Assembly (NCBI GenBank): GCA_043228905.1
Contig: JBHGNT010000008.1
Span: 9,734,001-9,798,000, forward strand
Source: Azolla caroliniana
Taxonomy: Eukaryota; Plantae; Polypodiophyta
Reading direction: 5' to 3'
DNA length: 64,000 nucleotides
Below, piece by piece: positions 36,020-49,300 of the stretch (position 1 is the first letter of the stretch; every line of letters begins with the position of its first letter). The position numbers and the translations under genes are program-made. The notes beneath the pieces were generated by a model. It made no database searches. It saw only the letters and a list, made by a program, of their open reading frames with translations, and was not told where the DNA came from.

Positions 36020-38711
36020 TTATAGGTTTGTTTTATTCCTCTTCCAATATGCCGATGGCCACGGTGTGGGATGCTGCTAAGGTATGATATTCCTCAGCTA
36101 AGTCTTCACGGAGCGTCTGGATGCTGGTGTCATTCATCTTGTAAAACCCTCGGCCCTCCTTTTGTCGATTCTCAGCATCAGCGCGTAGTATGTGTAGGTC
36201 CGCGACTTAGGCCGACCACCCCTGCCAGACATGGTCAAGCGTTTCTTTGATCTTCGTGGGGAATTGTTGGCGATACTTGTTTATTAGGATCCTGATTTTA
36301 GTATCATCCATGCCGATGCTAGCGTGGTGAACTTCCATTGCCTCCCTTGCGGCCTTGGCTTCTGCTTGGCTTTTGTGGACGAGGAGTGCTAAAGTAACTT
36401 GATTATCTTTTGCTTTTTCGGTGATGAGCGCAATTGTCTGCTCATAACGTGTGGTGAGCTGAGCTACAATTTCGTCCATGTCCTATCGCCAAGCGTCCCG
36501 ATGTTGTTCTCTGGCGGCGATGTGCTCGGTTTGCAACTGGTGATACGCATCGGAAATTTTTGCCCTTTGCTCTTCCGAGATCCTCCACTTCTGCATATGT
36601 TCGTTGGCCATGTCTTCTAAGGCCCTTTGATGACGTCGTAATTCTTGGTTGTCTGCGAAGAGCTCTTGTTCCCGTTGGCTATTTCGCTCTACTTCTTTGA
36701 TGAAACATTCTTTGGCCTCAGTGATAGAGACCTAAAGCTTAGGGTCATCACCTCTCTTTCTCATTCTTCAAGTGCGGCCGACCATTCAGCAAGCAGTCGC
36801 TTGAGGTCAGCTTCGCGGCTCGCGGCTTGTTCCCGTAGCTGGCCAAGAATGTTGTGGTGGTTCTGTTCTGCCAACTCGGCCAGATCGATCTAGGACTTAA
36901 GCTCCTCCAGGTAGTCCCGAAGGGGAGGTCCGGTATGGGTTGCCGCTTGTTGGATTTGGGGAGGGGGTTCCCTGTCTGTCTTTGTAGATCGTTCCATGAT
37001 GACCGGTGCTGGTGGCGTTTGCGTGGAGGCGTGGATGGTTTGGATGTGCGGTCTGATATCTGCCCGTGAAGATGGCTCGCTTGTCTGTACTAAGTCCGTC
37101 ATTGTGCTAGCATCTACCGTGGCTACCCTGGGATGAGTGGTGTCGTCTTTGTGTGCGTCGGTACCTGTAACACTCAGGCTCGGGTTCGTAAGAGTGGCTG
37201 GTGAGACAACGTCACTTGGTGCAGGGAGGCTTAAGGGCGGCTGTTCTGGATGTTGCTGCTTGAATGTTGCCAATTTCTCCTAGGCGGCTTGCCATAGCTC
37301 GGTAGCCCATTTGGCTTGCTGATGTCCTTGGCTGCCCAAGTAGTGTGGTGTAGATTGCGATATGCCTAGACTAAGGCCTTGTTCAGATCTAGTAGTTCCA
37401 TGAGGAGCGAAACATTCTGTGCTTGCTTCTTCCGTCCTATCTTCTGTAAGGCTCGATCCTCGTGAGGTTTGATTTCTCCCATTAGAGCACGTTGGATCAT
37501 CTTTGTTTCGGCATGCTCCTCGGCCATACGAGCGACGACAGCTACTTGGGCGTGCTCGAGGAAATCCATTAACTCATATGTTGTGCCCAATCGAAGTAGT
37601 GCACTGAAATCGTATGCCTCCGAGGGGAGATCTTTGTAACCGAGGACTTCCTCTGATATCTGCGTGGTTTGTGCATGCTCGATCCTACCGACTTGGAGCC
37701 ATGACTTTGTTGGTACCATGGCCGTGGAGGTTGGGCTGGCATCTTTTGATTTCTGATGATGGTTGCCCTCGGTTCCTGTGGGTGACTCTCGAATGATGTT
37801 GCGTCGTTCTGGTGCCTGATCCTGTGCGTCTGGGGCCAGTGGTGTTGGCTCCTCGTCTTGTTTCCTCTTTTGTTGCCGTATGGCCGAGGGCTGCTGGCTT
37901 GTGGGGCGTGGGCTCGGTTGTGGAGAGGTCATTGATGTCCTTGATGTTTTCTGGCATATGGTGACATCCTCGGTGATGGGCTCCTCTGCCTCTTCCCATA
38001 CGGCACGGGTCGTTGTTAACGCCCGTTGTTTCTGTGTGTTTGGTGGGGGTGGTGCCGAGGCGGAAATAGGGTTCCGAACGGCTAAGGCAGGTGGAGAAGG
38101 CGAGGGGTCTTGCCATTCTTCCTAGGTTAACGCCAAGATCTTCTCCCTTTGTTTCCTTGGTGGTGGTGGAGAGGTCAGGATGCGACGAGGGGAAACCGAA
38201 GGAGGTGGGTAGAGGACTGTGAGGAAGTGATTGATCACATGCAACAGAAGCTTACCGATTTGAAAGGATTCGAGCGCCGCATGGACTTCTTCGCCGGTGA
38301 TGATTCCCCAATCGATTTTGTCGCCTTCATACGCCCGGATGATGATAGCAGCTTTGTTCTGTGGCATACTCATGGGATTGGTATGCACAAAGGCGTATCC
38401 ATCAGAATCCGAGCGATTTCCCCAAAAGCTTTGTTTGGCCCTCCGTAAGTGCAATAAGCTTTACCCGACATCAAATACATCCCAAAATATTCCTTGATGA
38501 TCAAGTGGGGAGGGATTTTGACCTCATGGTCACCACCCCGCGCAAGGTCCAGAGCTGCGCGAATCATGTTGTTGGATACTGTGTCAGGGTGTATTCGGCG
38601 TGCTATCGTTGGGGCGTCAGGGTGCGATGGGGCGTGGATGACCCGTAAGTACCCACCCAGTCCTCGTCGTTGTAGCCAAGAACGGGTTTCCTACGATGCG
38701 GCGTGAGGCAT
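36020..38711 (-). pseudogene. Element D extra 3' ORF (roughly 900 codons, sense orientation, disrupted): globular N-terminus, disordered linker, coiled coil and conserved C-terminal domain
   Basis: A chain of minus-strand ORF pieces between the integrase and the 3' LTR. The C-terminus aligns with the extra ORF of E. Confidence 0.7.
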
Positions 38712-39179
38712 GGTGGGTGCGGAGGTTTGTTGGTAGGAGGCGTGGGGGGAAGCGATGAGACGAGGGCGAGACAGAGAGTTGGGGGAACGTTGTTGGTCTG
38801 TGCAAGGGCTATGAGGGCGATGAGAACGAGATAGAGCTGCGGAGGTTGAAGACGATGAAGGCAAGAACGCGTCTGAGCGAGTGGGCACGTTGTGTGTGGG
38901 GAAGTTTCTTTTATGAGACTGCCTAGCGTTTTGTGCAAGGAGAAGATCTTTGAGATTCCTAATTGTGGCTGCCATAATAAGGTATTATGGCCACGCGTCC
39001 TAGGAGTGCTAATCTGGTATGCATGCTTCTTAAATATTCTATTTTAAAGTGGATGTGACTAGTTGGTGCACCTAAAAAATCTCGTGATTTGGGGTGATTA
39101 GTTAGGTAATTCTAGGTAATGCTAATTTAACTACTAAAAATCATTCCTACTATATACATTTGGTGGGTAGGTCATGATT

Positions 39180-40540
39180 TTACCGATGTGGACACGTGGC
39201 CTCATTCGAGGCGTCGTCCGGGAGCTGGTCCATGCTGTCGGTCACGGCGAAAGGATTAACTAGGGTTGTCCCGAGGTAAGGTCGAAGTCGGAAGCCATTT
39301 GCCCAGCTCTTGACGATGTCTCCGGCAAGTGTGCCGAATTGGAATGTGCCGTTAAACTCATCAATTATCCAGAAGGGGCTTGTCCATCGGACTCGTAATT
39401 TACCCGGCATAGCACCGAGTCGTGTTTGGAAGACCAGCACCGGTTTGCCGATGGTAAGTGCTTTCTCCGTACCCTTTCAGTGTCGATCGACTATGGCTTT
39501 GCATTGCCGTTGCCGTTGCTCCAGGTGAGCCATGCTGGCCACTCGTTGTTCACCGAGTTCGAGTTGTTCAAGACGATATTGCTCTGATTGACCCTCGGGT
39601 AGCCTTTCCTTAACCTAAACTCGGAGACTCGGAACTTGGAACTCGATCAACATGACTGCTTCCAAACCAAAGGCCAATCGAAAGGGTGTAGACCGAATGC
39701 TAGTTTTGAATGTGGTGCGATACGCCCATAATGCACTCTGGTTCTCAATCGGTGCGGTTGTCATTGACGATATTTTTCAGGATTGTCTGCAAAATTTTAT
39801 TAGTCGACTCTGCCAATCCGTTTGCCTATGGATAGTACGGCGTGCTTTTCTTATGTACGATCGCGTAGTGTGTATTGAGTTCGCGAATTATGTGGTTTAG
39901 AAAATGCCTGCCTTGGTCACTAATGAGCTTGATTGGGCATCCATATCGGCACCATAGATGTTCGTATACTAATTTTGCCGTGGATGTAGCGGTACTGTCC
40001 CGTAGTGCCTTGGCCTCGACCCATTTTGTGCAATAGTCCGTGGCCACGATGATGTATTTGTTACCGGTGCGGGCCGCGACTGGTTTAAAAGGTCCTACAA
40101 AATCTAACCCCCACTTTTGACATGGCTCTAATGGAAGAATGGGTTGGTGCGGCATCCAGGCTTGCTTGGTCGGGTGTCCCATGCATTGACATAGATCGCA
40201 TTGTCGACAGAATTCATGAGCATCTTTTTTTGTTGTGGGCCACCACAAGCTACTGCCATATTTTTCTTGTCGTGGCCTCTCCAACGTAATGTCCCCCCGC
40301 GATTCCGTGATGTGCCTCCTGGAGGATTGCGGGTTTCTCAAATTAACGGATTGCACGACGCCAGATGCCATCCGAGCCTTTGTGGTAAAGGGTGTCAGAG
40401 ACAAGACAGAAATTTTGGCTCCTAACAACTAGTCGTTTTCGAGCGTCGAGGGTCAAGTGGTCGGGAGGAAGGCCGGTGCTAAGAAATGGGTCATCTCTGC
40501 GATCCATTCGTCCTCATCGGCGTCTGGCACCGTTGCGAGA
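39180..40540 (-). pseudogene. Element D integrase
   Basis: CDLC, WGLDFVGP, DYCTKWVEA, SDQG, GKLRVRW. Confidence 0.9.
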
Positions 40541-43500
40541 CCGTGTTGAATCCAGCACCTCCCGGAAAGCATATTGCTACTATTGCCGACAAGAAGGACA
40601 TTATAGTAATCAATGCCCGGCAAGGAGCTATGATAAACGACCGACGGTGAATGTGGTAGTCACCGAAGTCGTAGACCTGCAGCAGGTAACCACAAGATCG
40701 AAGGGTAAGGCGATGGAATGGGAGGCGCAAGAGGCCATCCGCAAACAAGCAACCGAATGGGTAAAAAAGGCGAATGCGCGAAACATGGCAGAGCTTGCGC
40801 GACAAAAGGAAAATACCGAAGAGCTCGCCGACGGTAGTCAGCCCGAAAATGCGACATGGTAGGCATTGCAGGAATGCCAAATCACGTTGCCATTAGGACG
40901 GCTCCGACAGCTAGTGCCCAGATTCACAGAAGGACTCAAGACAGGCATGACGGCAGGAGAAACACCACCGGCTCCAACATTCTTCTCAAATCCGGAGGAG
41001 GAACCGGCGGTAGTAGACACAAACAGTCCGGCGATTACAACCATCATGAAGGGAAAGGAGTTACCCGGAACAGTAATAGATGGAGAATCCGGCGTCAATG
41101 TGATTAGCCTCCGAACGTGCAAAACCATGGGAATCCAAGAGTGGGAACCATGCCCGTTCTAGCTGCGGATGGCGGATACAAGCTCAGTGCGACCGACCAA
41201 CTTGATACGAGATGTGGATGTAACAATCGGCGGCCACACATTTCGCATCTCGGCAGTAGTGCTACAACTACAGGCACAAGGAGCTTACCCACTATTGTTG
41301 GGGCGACCGTGGTTGAAAATGGCGCACATTAAACAAAACCGGAGGAAGAATATAATCACCTTCCGGCGGGGAAAAGCAAAAGTATGGGTACCGACACAAC
41401 CACGGACGGGTACTGGGAAGGAATTGGCACCCCTATATGCCGAATGCATGAATATGCTGGACGGATTAGTAGACAAAGAGGTAGATCAATACTTGCAAGA
41501 TAATCCGAAGATCGTACCTCTGTTCGAAATCGACGTAGCCGAAGCCGTATCACCATACATACTGCCACCGGATGGAGCCGACGAGGAACCCAATAAAGAA
41601 GTGATCCGGGAGCTACGGCAAGCACAGGAGGCGCTGGAAAGAGAAATGGCCGTATCGCAACGGGTTAAAGCATCCCAACTAGAGGAGGTGAATCTAGGAA
41701 CTACGGAAGAGGCGATGTGCACCTCTTCCATAGAACAAAATGGCGGAGAACAAAACGGCGATGATTACACTTCTCAAAGAATTTTGGGACGTGTTTGCCT
41801 GGTCTTACGAGGATATGCGAGGGCTTGATCCTCAGCTATATCAGCATCAGATACATTTGAGCGAAGACGCCAAACCGGTAGCACAGCGACGATACCGGAT
41901 GAATCCAAATTACGCCGCCAAAGTCAAGGAGGAAATCGACAAGTTGGTGAGGGTTGGCTTTATCCGCCCAGTAAAGAAATCTACATGGCTGAGTCCGATA
42001 GTAGTCGTACCAAAGAAAAACGGCAAAATTAGAGTTTGTGTCGACTACCGTAAGCTTAACGCGGCGACGGTAACAGATGCATTCCCACTCCCATTTACGG
42101 ATGGAGTTTTGGACGCAGTCGCAGGCCATGAGGTATACAATTTCTTAAACGGATTTAGCAGATACAACCAGATCTGGATGCACCTCGATGACCAGGAGAA
42201 AACGGCTTTCGTCACCGAATGGGGAGTGTTTGTTGTTGTAGTAATGATGTTCGGACTAAACACGGTGCCGACAACGTTCCAGAGGATCATCATGGAAATA
42301 TTCAGAGAATTCATACCGGCATTTATGCAGGTGTTTCTGGATGATTTCGCCGTCTATAGCCGGGAAGGAGATCACTTTCAGCACCTCCGACTATGTCTAG
42401 AGAAATGTTGGGCTTACCGGCTAAGCTTGAATCCGGCAAAGTGTGTATTCGGAATGTCAAGCGGGGCGCTATTAGGACACATTGTGAGCAAGGAAGGAAT
42501 TGCCGTAGACCCGGACAAAGTAAAAGCAATCTTGGAGGCACCGGCACCAACAACGGGCAAGGCATTAAGCCGTTTCTTAGGCCAAATCCGGTGGCATAGC
42601 CAAATGCTCCAGTATCTGGCAGACCTGGATACACCGCTGCATGCTGCGGTACACCGAAAACCGTTCCAGTGGACCGACACCGAAGACAAGGCGTATCGGG
42701 CACTCAAAGTACTATTATCGCAAGCGCCGGTAGTGAAACCCCCGGATTGGGCTAAGGAGTTTCATGTGTTCATGGATGCATCCGACATTGCAATCGGAAG
42801 TGCACTGATGCAACTTACGGAGCCAAGGTGGTACCGGCCCGTATATTACGCAAGCCGAAAGTTATCCCAAGCAGAACAAAATTATTCCACCACGGAAAGG
42901 GAAGCTTTGGGCATTATCTACAATGTGACAAAGTTCAGACATTATTTGTTGGGAAGGAAATTTTCCTTCCACGTAGATCATTCGACACTCCTCTATTTAG
43001 TTTCCAAAGCGTCACTAACCGGTAAGTTGGCACAGTGGACGTTACTCTTGCAGGAATTTGTGTTCGAAATATTCCACCGACCCGGCATACAGCACGCAGT
43101 AGCAGACTATTTGAGCCGGTTAGATTCCGGCGAGACTGGTGATGGAGTCCCGGATGAGTTTCCGGATGCTGAGCTATTTCGAGTCACCGCGGAAACGGCA
43201 ACAGATGAAACGGTGGCACAAGAAGATAAGTGGCTGACAAATATGCAACAATTTCTGAGCACCGGATTGCCTCCGGACGAGATGAATTGGGACGAGAGGA
43301 AACGCCTGGTGGTACAAAGACAACACTTCTATTTAGTACGAGACACGCTATACAACAAAGGCGCGGACGGTATATGGCGACGGGCGGTGCGCAACGACGA
43401 GAAGGATATAATACTACGAGAAGCACACTGCGGAGTCACCGGAGGCCATTACGCCGGAGATGCTACGGCAAGGAAGATATGGCAAAGTAGCCTATGGTGA

Positions 43501-44700
43501 TCAACAACATTGAAAGACGCGGTCCGGTACGCTAAAGAATGTGATCTATGTAAGCGAATGGGCCAGCCAACCGAACAAGCTAGGATGTCACACCAGCCGG
43601 TACTGCCATTAGAACCATTTCAGAAATGGGGGTTGGACTTTGTGGGTCCATTCAAACCATCAGCAATAAGAACCGGCAACTAGTATGTGATCGTAGCTAC
43701 GGATTACTGCACGAAATGGGTAGAAGCCAAAGCCTTGCGCGACAACACCGCGGCGTCGACAGCGAAATTCTTGTATGAATACATCTGGTGCAGGTATGGA
43801 TGCCCGATCGAGCTAATAAGTGACCAAGGAGGGCACTTCCTCGGCCAAGTGGTGGAAAGCTTGATGTCGTTCTATGCCGAGGTGCATAAATGGAGCACGC
43901 CATACTATCCGCAAGCAAACGGGTTAGCCGAGTCGACGAACAAAACGCTACAGAATATCCTTCGGAAAATCGTCAACGAAAACCGGACAGACTGGGATAC
44001 GAAATTGCACAGCGCACTCTGGGCTTGCCGAACAACCTACAAAACAAGCATCCAAACCACACCGTTCGGGCTAGCATTCGGATTGGAGGCCGTCATGCCG
44101 GTAGAGTTCCAGGACCCGAGCTTGCGGATTCAAATTAGGGAACGGCTAAACGAAAAGGAATCGGAGGCAATTCGGTTAGCAGCTTTGTGTGAACTAGAAG
44201 AACACCGGCTAGCAAGTATCATGCACCTGGAACTGGAGCAGCGGCGAAGAAAGGCGTTTGTGGATCACCACCGAAAAGGAAAGGAAAAGATGTTTGGAAT
44301 CGGCAAGCCGGTACTACTGCTCCAGACCTGGTTGGGAAAGATGCCGGGGAAACTACGGTTTCGGTGGACCGGAACGTACTGGATCACATGCGAGTTCAAT
44401 GGATCCTACCAGTTAGGGACACTTGCCAGCGAAGTCCTGGGTAAGTGCGTCAATGGATTTCGACTAAAGCCATACAAGGGACCCATGCCGAGGAACCCAT
44501 TTGAACAAGGAAAGGCCGATGCCGAACCAGATACCGGAATACTGGAAACAACAGCAACCCGATTAGCAATTGGCAACAACGAAGCCAATAAGGGGGACAA
44601 AGAGCCGGCACACGAGTTGGATAAGAGGACAGCAAACCGTTACGAGGCCGGCAAGATTCCTCATTCAGGTAAGGGTCCGTTAGGACCGGAGACGAATTAA
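40541..44700 (+). pseudogene. pol: Element E gag end, PR, RT, RH and INT
   Basis: VIDGES, CVDYRKLN, MMFGL, FLDD, FMDASD, GLDFVGP, SDQG, NGLAE. There are few stops. Confidence 0.92.
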
Positions 44701-45562
44701 CCTAACAATTGATAATCAAAAAATAATAAAAATAAAAAATAAAAAATAAAAAATAAAAATCAAATCAAATCAAAGAAATCATGCAAAGGAGTGGTGGGAA
44801 CGGCCATGCAAACGAAGAGTAAAGAGGCACTTCAAAAAGGTACGAGGAGGCTATGAATAGGGCATTAAAACACCGCCACATGGCACGTAATGCTATTATA
44901 GTACACGACCTGCACATGTGTAGGCTCGAAAAAGGCGCCAAGATGCAGAGAGAAAACACCCCCCGCATCGAGACCTTCTTCTTTCGCAAACCAAGGAGCG
45001 CAGATGCACACAGGCGCTTGAAGATCATCAGAAGAGAGCCAACACACAGAGCTTCCTCACACAGAGCTTCCGCATACACAACCCTCACCGACGTTGTCCG
45101 ACCTCGAACAAGCCGAAACACAACCGGAACCCGAACGACAGAGTGGTTAGCAGGCAGAGTAGGAAGTGTAGCTCGACGCAGTTAGGCGAAACCGGCCACT
45201 GGCAAGTGAACCCATCAGCCAACCCTCCATGCAGACGCAACAACAGGGTACCGGCAGCCAATGGCTCCGGTGGATAGGAGGGCAGGTTGCCGGAGTTATA
45301 CTGTATGTAGAGGCTGAAGAACGAGCGCAGATGGAACGGTTGATAGTCACAACCGATGAACTAGAGACGGCCAAGTCAAGGATTTGGTGCCTTGAACAAG
45401 ACTTGGATTAGGTCACAGAAGACATGGCCAAAATGGCCTTAACCGCAACACAAATCCAAGCACCGGTGACTCCGGTGGATGTACAGAATAAAGAAACAAC
45501 CACGCCTGTACATACGAATAAGACCTCGAAGACAGAAACCGTCCCGAAGAAAGATGTGGCGC

Positions 45563-46334
45563 TGTCGTGAAGAATGTGCTTCACGATATAAAAATGAGCT
45601 TAAATGTTGTATTTAATAATATTTGAGAGACTTGAACCCACATCCTTATAAATGATGTACAATGTACATACCACTAGGCTAGGCTATTTATTTGTAAAAA
45701 TGTGTGTAATAAAATGTGCTTCATGATATAAGAATGAAGCTATATATTGTATTAAGTAAAATTGAGGGACTTGAACCCTCAACCTTGTATACCAAGCACC
45801 AAGCATACACAACTAAGCTAGGTTAGTTATTTTAGAATGCATTTTCATCATTATATTTATCCCATATCTATTTTCATACATAGCCATCATTCATCACATG
45901 CAATGCATGTGTGCCAAATGGCGATCATGCATTACATGTAACTCATGCATTGCATGCATGCCATGCTCCCATACATTACCATATGCATGGCAACACTTAT
46001 ATAAAGAGGGGCAAGGAAAACAAGAAGGGAAGGAATCAAGAGAGAGTGAGAAAATAATACAATCAATTGAAGAAGACTAGCTTATTGGGTGGACAACCTC
46101 TCGTTTCGAAGTTGAGGTCGAGGGTTCAAATCAAGGGTCGGTATTGAAAAGATTCATCTTGCGATCAAGGATTGTAAAGTTGGTAAAATATTCTATTTTT
46201 AATATACATCATGTTTATATCATATACTCTTGTTCTTTGACTCATACTTTGTCTCAATCTTCTTTCTAGAATCATACTTTGTCTCAATCTTCTTTCTTGA
46301 ATCATACATTGTCTCTATCTTTTATCTATGCTCG

Positions 46335-46386
<52 letters not shown>

Positions 46387-49300
46387 TACTTGTAACTCTT
46401 CGTCTTACTATCCTTAACCATTCTATCATCACCATACAAGCCTTATTAAACTTAAGTTTCTTCAACTCCCCTTAACCTTAGTCCCCGCAACTTCGCCGCA
46501 CGAACCACCACTACCCCGACACATTTGGTGAACCCGACGTGAAGGCGGCGACGAGGAGAAATGGAGGAGCAAATGAGGCTTATGTGTACGATGGTGGAAC
46601 GAATGATGCGGGAACAAGGGATGATGGCAAGCATCGACAAAGCCGTGGACAATATTCTCGCACGAGTAGGAATCTTCGAAGGTATAAATTTAACAAGATT
46701 TCCGAAGATTTATAATGAAGAAATGCTTAAACGCGGTGTCGACGAAGCTGCAAAAATTAATAGCTTTAGTCGAGTCGCTGCGATTGGGCTACAAGAAAGG
46801 ATCCAGGAGCTACAAAGGGAGAATCAGACATGGACAACGTTCGAAAGAGCATTACTCAATGAATACAACCTCAACGATATGTCAAGGATGACAAGGCGAG
46901 CTTTCATGGATTGGGTAGAGTCTAATAAATATTTAAGTGTTTTGGAAGTATTAAAAGAGTTTTCTGAAAGATTTGAGCAACTAAATGTTAGAGATAGAAA
47001 TATAATAGTGCCAGATAAAGTAATATTGTTTCTACAAGCTACTAATATTAAAGACAGGAAGGACTTGGGAATCCTTTTAGAAGATCAGAATAGTCCAAGT
47101 GGACTTACCGAAGACTAGGAGGAGGTGAAAAGGGCGTGTGCCCATTTCTGCAAAAGAAAGTTATGGTTTATGGAGTTGCCCGACAGAAATGATGAAGAAA
47201 TAGGGAACGAGTCGGGAGAAAAGAAAGTAGAAGAATCACTCTTACACGAATTGGTGAAAGGTATGGAAGAATTGTCGATCAAAGTGACGAAGCTAGAATC
47301 GGGACAAAGCTCGACTTCATCAAGGCAGGGAGGTGGAATGGTCTAAAGGTGTATGTGGTGTGATAGTATCGACCACCAGAAGAAAGATTGTCAAGAGCAT
47401 AGGGATGCTCTTAATCATAATAAAATCTACTATCAAGATGGCAAGATTCACTCAACAGAGACTCGACAACCACTTCAACTCAACTTTGGGCGAGGAGGAA
47501 TGAAAAAGCTAATGGAAGATGTTGAGAGAGAAACGACTCAAGCGATACAATCCGTGGCAACCTTAGGATTGCGCGTAGAAGACTCATATGGTGGATCTGG
47601 CTTTTGGCAAGATGTGATGGATTATGCAAGAAAAGGGAAGGTTCGAGTGGATGAATTAAAAAGAGCGGGAGATGAAATATGAAACTTCACTGGATGGAAT
47701 GATCCAGTAGACGCGCTATGAGCATTCACCCAAGTGAATGCACAAGATGTGCTAGTGGAAGAGAAGCGGAAGAGAGTTGAGGAAGCTGATCTGACAAAGA
47801 GACATGAGACACGAGAACAGAAGAGAAGGGACATGGAAAAGGGTTCTACTGAGCCGAAGGAAGCTGATAAAGTAAAAGGAAAGATAGGCCCATCTTTCAA
47901 GCTTGCCTCAGACATAGAAACTACGACTGATATAAAAAAGGTAGTAGAAACAAGAATACTAAATAGTAAGGTAGAATTTACTTTACGAGAAGTGTTGGGT
48001 ATAGCAAAGAAAGAATTTCATGAAGTTATCATAGATATTATTAGAAGGAAGAGACAGGTGACGGAGGAAATTACAGGAGGGTGTGCAACAACACTCCAAG
48101 ATTTGTATGGTGGCACCATCAATGCTGCAAGTGTAAAAAACCAAAATGATGTTGGTGTCCATGAAGGGGATAGGAGTCACTATACAAGGGATCATTGGGC
48201 TCAAGCAACAACGGAGGCACCTGCAGAAATTGGGGAGCAACAAATTCCATGTATTGCTTTGATCGATCATGGATCCGAGATTAACATGATGTCATCGGAA
48301 TTTTACGCTCGAGGACGGTGACCGATCGACAAGAATCATGGGTGGAAAATAAGAGTTGCCACAGAAACTACGGAGGATCTATTCGGAGCATGTCCTATTG
48401 TGAAGGTAACAATTGGTGATGTCTCGGTGAATCAAAATTTCTTTGTGCAGGATCGATCAACCTACCCCGTCATCCTTGGCCAGCCCTACATCACCGTAGT
48501 GAGGATGGAAACAAAGGTTATTGATGATGGTTCGGCTTTCGCGAGAATCAAGAGTCAAGATGGAAGAAAGACTGTCCAATTCTTAACCGTGAGGCCCAAC
48601 CATGAAAGAAACAAAGAATGCTTGAGGGAACATCCAATTCAAGAGATGGATCAAGAGTTTTCCTTGGATTTTTAGATAGGGCTTTTACAGGTAGGGGCTG
48701 TGATAGCCCGAGCATAAAAGAAAACCCCATAAATAATAATGTAAATAAAGATATTCCTTGTACAATCTCATCTAATGGTGCTACTTTTATACTAAAAGTA
48801 AATAATAATAAAATACAAAATGCTTTCAAGTACTTTAAGTGTTCTGGATTAATAGAGGATGATGAAGAAATTCACGATATGTTTGAAGAATTAAGTTTTG
48901 AAGATACAATAACTCATTTGGAACCAATTGAAGAAGACAACGAAATCCAAGTTCCTGTCCATTCAATCAAGATGTACGAGGTCATTGAAGAAGTTGCTCG
49001 AAAGGATCATGAAGCACATGTACTAACAAAATACAAGACAGTGGAGAAGAAGGTTCGTCCTATTGCTGCTCCACTTCCAGGGGATAGTGAAAAGGCAATC
49101 AAAGAAGCAGCCACAGAGCCAATGATCAGAGACCCACGAAAGGTAGGACATGTGTTTACTCCAGAAACAATACAAGGGATGAAAATAGGAGGGGGTGACT
49201 TCCTATTACCCGCTGAAGAAAAGCAGTTCAGGGAGATGTTAAAAAGGCATGGAAAGGCATTCGCATTCCAACCGGAGGAAATAGAGTGTGTGGATCCAGA

